From positions 1 through 43,333 of the forward strand of contig JBOGSL010000155.1 of the NCBI GenBank assembly GCA_050695395.1: 43,333 bases of DNA. Reading direction: 5' to 3'. The stretch is from Chloroflexota bacterium (GTDB lineage: Bacteria; Chloroflexota; UBA5177). Every line of letters starts with the position of its first letter. Within the stretch, counting starts at the first letter, position 1. The notes below the pieces were generated by a model that saw only the letters and a list, made by a program, of their open reading frames with translations, searched no databases and was not told the origin of the DNA. Shown here one piece after another: positions 26,229-33,967 of the stretch. Position numbers and translations under genes: made by a program.

Positions 26229-27341
26229 GTGCTGTTTCTGATTCGCTCTTTGATCAACCATGGAGCCGAACGGCAACTGGTCGAACTGGTAAAGGCGCTC
26301 AACAAAGACCGCTTCGAAGCCACTGTGGTGACCTTCTATGATGAGAATCCACTCAGCTCCGAGATCGAAGACCTCCCCGGTGTGCGGGTCGTCAGTCTTG
26401 GCAAAAGGTCGCATTGGGATCTGAGACCGTTCGGGCCGGCGCTCTATCGAGTGGCACGGCGCGAACGTCCCGACATCATCCACGGATACCTTGAAACCGC
26501 TAACCTCCTCAGCATTCCGCTGTCCCGGGCGTTGCGGTGTCGGGCCATCTGGGGAATTCGAATTGCCGATCCCGGGGTGCCGTTCCGGGCCTGGTCTCTC
26601 GCCGACCGCGTGATCTTCAAGCTTGATGCAGTGATTTCGCGCTTCGCCCACGCGATCATACTGAACGCCGACGCAAGTAGGCGGTACATGATCGCCGAGG
26701 GATTCCGACCCGACCGCATGAGAGTCATTCACAACGGCATCGACACCGAACGCTTCAAGCCAGACACCGTCGCGCGGAAGCAAATTCGGCGAGAGTGGGG
26801 TTTGGACGACGACAAGATTGCCATCGGCCTCGCGGCCCGGGTGCACCGCGTGAAAGACCATCGCGGGTTCCTGGAGGCAGCGTCGATCCTCTCCCGCCGG
26901 CGAGATGATGTGCGTTTCGTCTGCGCTGGTCGCGGTACGGATGAGGAGTGGGATGAACTTCGAAACTATGCGGCTTCTCTTTCTCTCGGCGGTCGTGTGA
27001 TCTGGCTTGGCAATCAGCCGGACATGGTTAGCGTGTACAACGGCCTTGACGTGCTCGCCTCCAGTTCCATCGGCGAATCGTTCTCAAATTCGATTGCCGA
27101 GGCCATGGCCTGCGGCGTCCCCTGCGCGGCTACGAATGTCGGTGATAGCGCCGTGCTGGTTGGCGAGACTGGTTTGGTCGTCGAGCCGCGAGATCCCGAG
27201 GCCATGTGTGACGCGTGGGTTACGTTGCTCGAGGGAGACCGTGCTGGTCTCGGTCGGGCAGCGCGCGCGCGGATTGTCTCCGAGTTTGGAGTGCAGCCGC
27301 TTGCCCGCCGAACGGAGGCGGTGTTCGAGGCAATCATCTGA
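26229..27341 (+). CDS. Glycosyltransferase family 4 (GT-B)
   Basis: GTG start. LFLIRSLINHGAERQLV...; ESFSNSIAEAMACGVPCAATNVGDSAVLVGETGLVV. Confidence 0.9.
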   Translation: MLFLIRSLINHGAERQLVELVKALNKDRFEATVVTFYDENPLSSEIEDLPGVRVVSLGKRSHWDLRPFGPALYRVARRERPDIIHGYLETANLLSIPLSRALRCRAIWGIRIADPGVPFRAWSLADRVIFKLDAVISRFAHAIILNADASRRYMIAEGFRPDRMRVIHNGIDTERFKPDTVARKQIRREWGLDDDKIAIGLAARVHRVKDHRGFLEAASILSRRRDDVRFVCAGRGTDEEWDELRNYAASLSLGGRVIWLGNQPDMVSVYNGLDVLASSSIGESFSNSIAEAMACGVPCAATNVGDSAVLVGETGLVVEPRDPEAMCDAWVTLLEGDRAGLGRAARARIVSEFGVQPLARRTEAVFEAII

Positions 27342-27519
27342 TCGGTTGACGCGGGGGCGACAGAAAAGCCGCTCACGGGACTGCGCTTTGGGAACCCCTT
27401 ATCGCCGTCTTGCCTTTGTCCAAACTTTCGGTGATTATCGTCTGGATAGCCGAGCGCAAAGACGCGTCCGGACGAGATGAGGGTGATATTCTTCACGAGA
27501 TGGGGCAAGGAGAGTAGCG

Positions 27520-28479
27520 ATCGATCCTGACGGAACCTTCATCCTATCCCTCGATACGGAAATCGCCTGGGGCTCGTTTGACGGCGACCTATCGCGGCGG
27601 GCGGCGGCGTTCAACTCCGTCCGTGCCACCATCCGACGGCTTGTCGATCTCCTCGATCGCCATCAAATTCCGGCGACGTGGGCGTTTGTCGGCCATCTAC
27701 TTCTCGACGAGTGTGAACGCGTCAGCGGCACCACGCATCCGGAAGTCCTCAGACCGTCGTACCGCTGGTATCCTCACGACTGGCACTATCATGATCCCGG
27801 CACCGACCAAGAACGAGATCCGTGGTGGTACGGGAAAGACGTTCTGGATATGGTACTGTCCGCCGAGCTGAATCACGAGATCGCGACGCACACCTTCTCG
27901 CACATCGTCGTGGGCGATCCGGATTGCGATCGAGATATTTTTCGGTCGCAGTTGGCGGCCTGCAAACGGCTCCACGATGGGCTCGGGCTTCCGTTTGCTT
28001 CGATCGTCTACCCGCGCAATCGAGTGGCTTTCGTCGACGTCTTGCCGGAGTTTGGAATCACCTCCTACCGAGGCCGACAGGTGGGCACCCGCGGCGGAGG
28101 AGTTGCCGGCCGGGCTCTGACGCTGGCGGATCGCATTGCCGCCCCCACGCCGCCGACCTACAAGCTACCGGTCCGCGGCGATCAGCGGACCGTCAACCTG
28201 CCCGCGTCAATGCTCTATTCTTCGCGCTCGGGCGTGCGCCGACTAGTGCCGATGCGCTCGCGCCTGAGACAAGCGCGACGGGGAATCCGAGAAGCCGCCG
28301 AAGCCGGTCACCTCTTCCACCTCTGGTTTCACCCCTTTAATCTGAGCGGCGACGATGAGCTCTTCTTCGGACTTGACACGATTCTCCGCCGGGTGGCGGA
28401 GTACCGAGAGGCAGGGCGGCTTGACGTTTTGACCATGCAGCAGACAGCAGAGCGCTCCACGGCATCCGCCGCCCTATGA
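27520..28479 (+). CDS. Polysaccharide deacetylase (NodB-homology) family protein; the 5' end lacks a canonical start (candidate ATC start at 27520)
   Basis: The frame is open from 27487 and encodes IDPDGTFILSLDTEIAWGSFDG...IPATWAFVGHLLL...HEIATHTFSH. This covers the Asp motif and the HxxxH metal motif. The first ATG, GTG or TTG in frame is at 27850, downstream of the Asp motif. AAGGAG lies at 27507-27512, 7 nt before the ATC at 27520. Confidence 0.65.
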   Translation: MDPDGTFILSLDTEIAWGSFDGDLSRRAAAFNSVRATIRRLVDLLDRHQIPATWAFVGHLLLDECERVSGTTHPEVLRPSYRWYPHDWHYHDPGTDQERDPWWYGKDVLDMVLSAELNHEIATHTFSHIVVGDPDCDRDIFRSQLAACKRLHDGLGLPFASIVYPRNRVAFVDVLPEFGITSYRGRQVGTRGGGVAGRALTLADRIAAPTPPTYKLPVRGDQRTVNLPASMLYSSRSGVRRLVPMRSRLRQARRGIREAAEAGHLFHLWFHPFNLSGDDELFFGLDTILRRVAEYREAGRLDVLTMQQTAERSTASAAL

Positions 28480-29252
28480 TCATCCTCGCCCACCACCGCG
28501 TGAATCCTGGCTATCGGGGTGTCCTCTCCGTGACGAACGACGACTTTCGCTGGCAGCTGGAGTCTCTCCTCGCACGAGGCTATCGTTGCGTGTCTCTGGT
28601 CGACGCTGTTCGCAATGGCCGCACTCGTCAACGCAATGCTTTCGCCATCACCTTTGACGACGGATATCGCGACAATTACCTGCACGCGATGCCCATCCTG
28701 AAGGATCTAGGGCTGTGCGCCACCGTCTTCGTCACGGTCGATCACATCGACACCAACCGGCTGTACCCCTGGGACGAACAAGAGGTTGATCAATGGGGCG
28801 GCCCGGCCGACGAGGACCGATCGGTCACCTGGGAGCAGCTTCATGAGATGAGAGGAACAGGCATCTTTTCTATTGGTTCTCACACGAGCACGCATCCTAA
28901 CCTGGCGGAAGTTGACCCGGAACTCGCAAACCGGGAAGTTGTTCAATCAAAGGCGGCTCTGGAGGAGCACCTCGGAGAGCCGGTGGACCTGTTCTGCTAC
29001 CCGAGAGGCAGCCTGAATCGTCAGGTCATTCGCATGGCGCGCCAGGCCGGCTATCGAGCGGCGGTGGTCTCGGAGGGCGCCTGGCCGCGTTCCTCTTTCA
29101 CGCTTCCACGGACTCCCGTGTACGGAACAACCAGCCGCGAGTGGTTTCGGCGCCGGGTCGGGCCGGCCTACCAGGGATTGCTGGCGACCGGGGGATTGCG
29201 CTACCTGCAGCGCGCCCGGCGCGTGATAAACAGCCGGCGGAGCGTGCTTTGA
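28476..29252 (+). CDS. Polysaccharide deacetylase (NodB) family protein
   Basis: AFAITFDDGYRDNYLHAMPILKDLGLCATVFV, GSHTSTHPNL and FCYPRG motifs. The start overlaps the stop of the previous gene (ATGA). Confidence 0.9.
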   Translation: MIILAHHRVNPGYRGVLSVTNDDFRWQLESLLARGYRCVSLVDAVRNGRTRQRNAFAITFDDGYRDNYLHAMPILKDLGLCATVFVTVDHIDTNRLYPWDEQEVDQWGGPADEDRSVTWEQLHEMRGTGIFSIGSHTSTHPNLAEVDPELANREVVQSKAALEEHLGEPVDLFCYPRGSLNRQVIRMARQAGYRAAVVSEGAWPRSSFTLPRTPVYGTTSREWFRRRVGPAYQGLLATGGLRYLQRARRVINSRRSVL

Positions 29253-30340
29253 AGGTAGCGTTCGTGATGAGCGCGCGCCGGATCGGGGGAGCGGAGAAGA
29301 ACGTGCTTGATTTTGTGAGTCAAGCCGGCCGGCCCGAATTCGATCTCTCTGTCATTGCTCTGCGCGGCAAGGGCTCGTTTCATAAGCACCTGGCCGAGCA
29401 GGGCGCGGCTGTGTTTGATGTGCGAGGCCCGGCAGGTCCAGTGGTCCCACTCGCCCGCGTTCTCCGTCGCACACGGCCCGATATTGTCCACCTCTTCGGC
29501 GCCCGGGCCAACGCCTGGGGCGGACTGCTGGGCCGTAGTGTCGGAGCCCGGGTCGTCTCCGCCATCATGGGGGCAGATCCCCATCCGCCCTGGTTGAAGC
29601 TGCTACTCAATCGCTCCAGCGGTACCCTCATCGATCACTGGATTGCCAATTCGGAGGCGGGGATTGGGTTAGTCGCTAGCCAAATCGGGGTGTCTCGAGA
29701 TCGCATCAGCCTGATTCGCAACGGGGTCGACATTCGACGTTTTGCTCCGCCGATGGACAAGACGCAGGCCAAGCGGGCCCTCGGCCTGTCGGGAGATGAG
29801 CCCGTGGTCATCCAGGTTGCGAACCTTATGCCTGTTAAGGGTCACCTCCGGCTGATGGAGACCATCCCCGAGCTGCTAGAGACAGCCGGTCCGCTGCAGT
29901 TTCTGTTGGTGGGCGAAGATTACATGGGCGGTGCGGTCCAGCGCAGGGCAGCCGAGCTGGGTTTGAACGGGCGGGTGCGCTTTACCGGGCGACAGCAGGA
30001 CGTTGTGCCGTTCCTGGCTGCCGCCGATGTGTTCGTTCTCCCGTCGCTTCACGAGGGACTTCCCACTTCCGCCATGGAAGCCATGGCAGTGGGGCTACCG
30101 GTGGTTGCCTCTCGAGTCGGTGGCATTCCCGAGCTAGTGGTCGACGCCGAAACGGGACTGCTGGTCGATCCGGACGATCCGCGCTCTCTCGCCGCGGCTC
30201 TCGCTGGTCTCCTGAGCGGCCACTCCCTGGCTTCCCGGTTTGGGTCGGCGGGCCGCAAGCGAATCGTGGAGCACTTCTCGCTGGAGCGGATGGTCCGCGA
30301 CCAGGAAGAATGCTACCGTGAGGTTCTTCGCCGGAGCTAA
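29249..30340 (+). CDS. Glycosyltransferase family 4 (GT-B)
   Basis: The TTG at 29249 overlaps the upstream TGA. The product starts (M)KVAFVMSARRIGGAEKNV and includes EGLPTSAMEAMAVGLPVVASRVGGIPELVVDAETGLLV. The start is uncertain (the ATG at 29267 is an alternative). Confidence 0.85.
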   Translation: MKVAFVMSARRIGGAEKNVLDFVSQAGRPEFDLSVIALRGKGSFHKHLAEQGAAVFDVRGPAGPVVPLARVLRRTRPDIVHLFGARANAWGGLLGRSVGARVVSAIMGADPHPPWLKLLLNRSSGTLIDHWIANSEAGIGLVASQIGVSRDRISLIRNGVDIRRFAPPMDKTQAKRALGLSGDEPVVIQVANLMPVKGHLRLMETIPELLETAGPLQFLLVGEDYMGGAVQRRAAELGLNGRVRFTGRQQDVVPFLAAADVFVLPSLHEGLPTSAMEAMAVGLPVVASRVGGIPELVVDAETGLLVDPDDPRSLAAALAGLLSGHSLASRFGSAGRKRIVEHFSLERMVRDQEECYREVLRRS

Positions 30341-30478
30341 CCCGGGGGGCTGAACCGCGAAGCAGCGTGGCCGCTCGGCGACGATGCGGCGGAGGTGCCG
30401 CGGATTCGCCCGGTGAAGGCCCACAGCCTGGCTCCGCACTACGACGGCCTTCCGCCTTTCGGGTCGCGGCTGGGAGGA

Positions 30479-31591
30479 TTAGTTGAGCCGGGGGCTTGCA
30501 TAGATCGGCCGCCCGTGCGACCAATCGATCTCGATGTACTGGCGGGTGTGCGCCAACGGAGACCGATAGGTCACCATGTGCAGGGTGTGGGTGTCGATCA
30601 CCTCACCGGTGTCTCCCACGAAGACGTATCGTCCGCCCCGGCTGAAGCTGAGCCAGCCTTCGCGTGATTCGTACTCGTTCTCCAAGCCCGCCAGTCCGTG
30701 CTTGAGCTTAATGTTGGCCACCTCCCGGGGAGGTGAGGCGGGCAATCCGGAGACGTCGAAGACGTGAACATAGTTATTCGGCATGTCAATCACCCAGACC
30801 CTCTTGCCGTTGGGTGACAGGGCGATCCCGTGTGAAGGCACTCCCTCCGATGTTTGGTTCCAGCTGAAACCCTTCGGGGCCACGGTGTAGAGCACCTTGC
30901 CGGTTTTCAAACTGCTGACCTGGAAGCCCAACAATCCCTGAGAGGTGGTGAAGGCCAGCGTCTCGGCATGATTGATAACGAAAGGCGTAACTCCTCCGGC
31001 CAGCGGGCCTATGCGTTTCGTCACGCGATTGGTCTTCGTGCTTGCCACGTAGAGATACGGGTCGCTGTGGGGCCCCATGTACACCCGGTGACGGCCGCAG
31101 GCCGTGTCATGCGTCCCGAGCCCCGTCTCGATCGTAGCCACTACGTCTCCGTTAGCCGTATCAATGACCCGCCAGTGGGTGCCCTGCGTGTAGTCGCCTT
31201 CGGGGAGATACATGCGCTTTCCGTTGGGAGTAAGACACATGGAGTCGACGCCGATGCTGTACGAGCGCCGCCAGACGAGTCGGCCCGTCTGCAGTGTGTA
31301 GGCAGCCACCCAGCCGTCCGACCGGGACACGAGGTAACTGACGTACAGGTCGCCGTTCTTGACGCTCGCCGCCACACCCTTGATCTCCGTAACGCCCGGA
31401 AGGCGAAACGTTCCCGCGGCCCTCATGTGGTGATCGATGTCATAGATGTAAGCGCGTCCATCGGCGAACACGTACTCCTGGTGCTTCACTCCCGGACTCG
31501 ATTCATGTCCGTCGGCTCGACCCGAACACGCCGCGAGCATCCAACAGGCGATCAGCAACAAGACCACGACCCGGACCAGACGCCCCGTCAC
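30479..31591 (-). CDS. Beta-propeller (YVTN/lactonase-like repeat) lipoprotein
   Basis: The GTG at 31591 gives VTGRLVRVVVLLLIACWMLAAC (lipobox LAAC). Repeated blade-like segments are present (LTPNGKRMYLP, IALSPNGKRVWVID, YVFVGDTGEVID). The start is uncertain. Confidence 0.65.
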   Translation of the reverse strand: MTGRLVRVVVLLLIACWMLAACSGRADGHESSPGVKHQEYVFADGRAYIYDIDHHMRAAGTFRLPGVTEIKGVAASVKNGDLYVSYLVSRSDGWVAAYTLQTGRLVWRRSYSIGVDSMCLTPNGKRMYLPEGDYTQGTHWRVIDTANGDVVATIETGLGTHDTACGRHRVYMGPHSDPYLYVASTKTNRVTKRIGPLAGGVTPFVINHAETLAFTTSQGLLGFQVSSLKTGKVLYTVAPKGFSWNQTSEGVPSHGIALSPNGKRVWVIDMPNNYVHVFDVSGLPASPPREVANIKLKHGLAGLENEYESREGWLSFSRGGRYVFVGDTGEVIDTHTLHMVTYRSPLAHTRQYIEIDWSHGRPIYASPRLN

Positions 31592-31657
31592 GATTTGCCC
31601 AGCGCGAATCGACGCCCTAAGTTGCTTGGCAGCGGATCCCGGCGGCCTGTTACATTG

Positions 31658-33028
31658 ATGCCACTTGGCACCCAAAGGATGCGAATGCAAGCCGCCGCCG
31701 ACCCCTTTCTGTCCGAGTCGGGCGATCTGGTGCTCAGAACTGCCGCCTGGTACGGCGATCGCCAAATCCGGTTGCCGGTTCGCCCGGCGTGGTCGATAGA
31801 GGTGAACGGTCCGAGAATCGGAGTAGCTTTACCATTATCTGACGATGATATCGCGACGCGTCTCACCGCGCCAACAGGGACGAAGACGCTTCGGGAGCTT
31901 GCTGAGGGCAAGAAGCATCCACTCATCGTGGTGGATGACCTCAACCGACCCACACCGACGGCGCGGGTTATCCCGACCATTCTGGCGGAACTGGCCGAGG
32001 CCGGCATCGAGGCGTCGAGCGTGGGGATCATGCTTGCTCCCGGAACACACGGAGCGCCGCCGCCGGACGGTCCGGCGAAGAAGGCGGGGGACATCGGGGC
32101 CCGTAACTGCCGGCTCTACGTTCATGACTGCCGCGGCGAGACTGTCAACGCCGGCTCAACTTCCTTCGGGACACCCATCCTGGTCAATCCTCTCGTGATG
32201 AAATCCGATCTGCTCATCGGTTTGGGCGGTGTCTATCCGAACCAGACGGCCGGTTTTGGCGGCGGGACGAAGCTGGCCCTGGGCGTGCTCGGTTTTCGTT
32301 CGATTGCCCATCTCCATTTGTCTCACACCCCGTCGGCATGGGGACATCCGGATCAGGCGAGCGCTCTGAGAACGGACCTGGACGAAATATCGCAGCGGAT
32401 TGGGCTTCGGTTCGTGATCTCACTGGGGCTCAACGCCAATCGCGACGTGGTACGGGTAGATTGCGGCGATCCCCAGCGCTACTACCCGGAGGCTGTGCAG
32501 TGGGCGCGGGAAGCATACCTCTCGGCTCCGCCCGGAACTGACTCGAACGTGGTGATAGCGAATGCGTACCCCAATGACTGCTCTCTCACGTTCATCACCA
32601 TGAAGGGGTTGGCTCCGTTTCGCGGCGCCCCGGCCGGCGCATCGCGTGTCGTTATCGCCTCGTGCCCCGAGGGCCATGGGTTCCACGGGCTGTTTCCATA
32701 CGGGAACGCCCCGAAGGAACATGGGCGCGAAATGATGGCTCTGCGCGCAAGTCTCGCCTTGCGCCGCCCTGGTCGCTGGATCCCCAAGATCGCCCGCAGG
32801 CTTCAGGCGGAGGTCCGCAAGCATGGCCCTCTCGAATCGGACGCCGAGCGTCCTGTCTGGCTTTACCGTCCTCCCGGACCAGATCAACCGCCGCTATCCG
32901 AGCGCCCGGGCTTGAAGATCCGGTCCAACTGGCACGATATCGTTCACGAGGTCAATCGAGAACAGGGCGACGAGAATCTGAAGGTCGTCCTCTATCCCTG
33001 CAGCCCGCTCCAATACGTCGCGACCTAG
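31658..33028 (+). CDS. LarA-family (DUF2088, nickel-pincer 2-hydroxyacid racemase/epimerase-like) protein, divergent
   Basis: LIVVDDLNRPTPTARVIPTIL, MLAPGTHG and GGVYPNQTAGFGGGTKLALGVLGFRSIAHLH parallel the LarA N-terminal-domain motifs. Start candidates are ATG 31658, 31679 and 31685. The first 268 codons of the 724-aa ORF are antisense to the propeller gene and were discarded. Confidence 0.7.
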   Translation: MPLGTQRMRMQAAADPFLSESGDLVLRTAAWYGDRQIRLPVRPAWSIEVNGPRIGVALPLSDDDIATRLTAPTGTKTLRELAEGKKHPLIVVDDLNRPTPTARVIPTILAELAEAGIEASSVGIMLAPGTHGAPPPDGPAKKAGDIGARNCRLYVHDCRGETVNAGSTSFGTPILVNPLVMKSDLLIGLGGVYPNQTAGFGGGTKLALGVLGFRSIAHLHLSHTPSAWGHPDQASALRTDLDEISQRIGLRFVISLGLNANRDVVRVDCGDPQRYYPEAVQWAREAYLSAPPGTDSNVVIANAYPNDCSLTFITMKGLAPFRGAPAGASRVVIASCPEGHGFHGLFPYGNAPKEHGREMMALRASLALRRPGRWIPKIARRLQAEVRKHGPLESDAERPVWLYRPPGPDQPPLSERPGLKIRSNWHDIVHEVNREQGDENLKVVLYPCSPLQYVAT

Positions 33029-33062
33029 GCTTCGCTCCTTCACGTATTGCTCCCGCCCGCTG

Positions 33063-33156
33063 GCACTAAGTGCTGGCTTGCGGCCGAGCGCGCTATGCTC
33101 GTGCCGCCAGCACTAAGTGCTGGCTTGCGGCCGAGCGCACTATGCTCGTGCCGCCG
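33063..33156. repeat. Tandem direct duplication, 2 x 47 bp, containing a stem-loop (GCCAGCAC-TAA-GTGCTGGC in copy 2) at a convergent gene junction
   Basis: Copy 1 is 33063-33109 and copy 2 is 33110-33156. They differ at two positions (G/A at unit position 30 and the last base). The repeat supplies the last codons and the stop of the methyltransferase gene. Confidence 0.85.
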
Positions 33157-33773
33157 TCGGCGTATTGTTGCAACCGCTGTTGCAGGAGTATCCCGAGCCG
33201 GTCCGGAACCACCTGGCGTCCCAGGAGCGTAAATGGACCATATCCGAATCCATCGACTCGTTGGATATCGAGATCTGCAGAATTCAGCAATTGGATGAGA
33301 TCTCGCTGCCGAAAGGCGTGGGTGGAGAACGGGAACTCCCCCTTTCGACCCACGAACCGCTTGACAAGTTCCCTCGGAGCCTTTAGCACCGGCCAGAACC
33401 TAGGATCGAAGAGAAAGGTGAGGCGAGAACTGTTGTCAGAAGTCAGCAACACGTGCGCATCCGGCTTCAGAACGCGTGCTATCTCGCCGAGCGCCGCCTC
33501 CGGAGAGTCGAGAAATGGCAGCACGCCAAGCATGGTTACTAGATCGAACGAGCCCGAATCGTAAGCGAGACAATGGACGTCTCCCTTTCTCACCTCGATC
33601 TGGTCGATGAAACCGGACGCGCGGGCCTGCGATTCTGCCAGCTCTACCATTGCGTCGCTGACATCCAGACTGTGTACCGTGAACCCTCGCCTTGCGAGAT
33701 CAATGGCGAGTAGGCCGGTACCAGCTCCAACCTCGAGCACCCGGCTCTCCGCCGCGAGATTGAGCTCGTCCAC
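33093..33773 (-). CDS. Class I SAM-dependent methyltransferase (Methyltransf_11/25-like); the true N-terminus probably lies upstream of the GTG at 33773
   Basis: VLEVGAGTGLLAIDLARRGFTVHSLDVSDAMVELAE. The frame remains open to 34031 and encodes QVQAYFDRAGPAWTEVYRERTVWGEIHQLRRALALAR without any ATG, GTG, TTG or CTG. Confidence 0.75.
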   Translation of the reverse strand: MDELNLAAESRVLEVGAGTGLLAIDLARRGFTVHSLDVSDAMVELAESQARASGFIDQIEVRKGDVHCLAYDSGSFDLVTMLGVLPFLDSPEAALGEIARVLKPDAHVLLTSDNSSRLTFLFDPRFWPVLKAPRELVKRFVGRKGEFPFSTHAFRQRDLIQLLNSADLDIQRVDGFGYGPFTLLGRQVVPDRLGILLQQRLQQYADGGTSIVRSAASQHLVLAARA

Positions 33774-33967
33774 ACGGGCGAGCGCGAGCGCCCTCCGTAG
33801 TTGATGAATTTCGCCCCAAACAGTTCGTTCACGGTAGACCTCGGTCCAGGCGGGGCCGGCGCGATCGAAGTAAGCCTGTACCTGGCGCCGGTGCTGACCG
33901 GAGTCTGGGTCAGTTGCGTCTATCGAACGAGCGGGGAAAAGCTTAGACCGTTGCGTGGCGGATCCGT

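Noticed and set aside
25011-26861. Two long minus-strand ORFs (290 aa and 303 aa) opposite the GT4 genes
   Set aside because: They are antisense shadows in GC-rich DNA. Their translations are Arg/Gly/Pro-rich with no motifs. The plus-strand GT4 motifs are unambiguous.
27525-27531. prfB-like programmed +1 frameshift at UCC-UGA-C feeding the deacetylase frame
   Set aside because: The frame geometry fits. However, tRNA re-pairing on CCU would be poor, and the SD-like AAGGAG is 13 nt from the shift codon rather than about 3 nt. An ATC start or an indel is more parsimonious. I kept it only as the least likely option in the finding.
30854-31657. N-terminal 268 codons of the 724-aa plus-strand ORF
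   Set aside because: This part is antisense to the beta-propeller lipoprotein gene and has no LarA similarity. LarA-like sequence begins only after about 31658, where ATG starts exist.
33063-33156. Possible CRISPR or minisatellite array
   Set aside because: There are only two directly abutting copies with no spacers and no further units, and no cas genes are present. I treat it as a simple tandem duplication.
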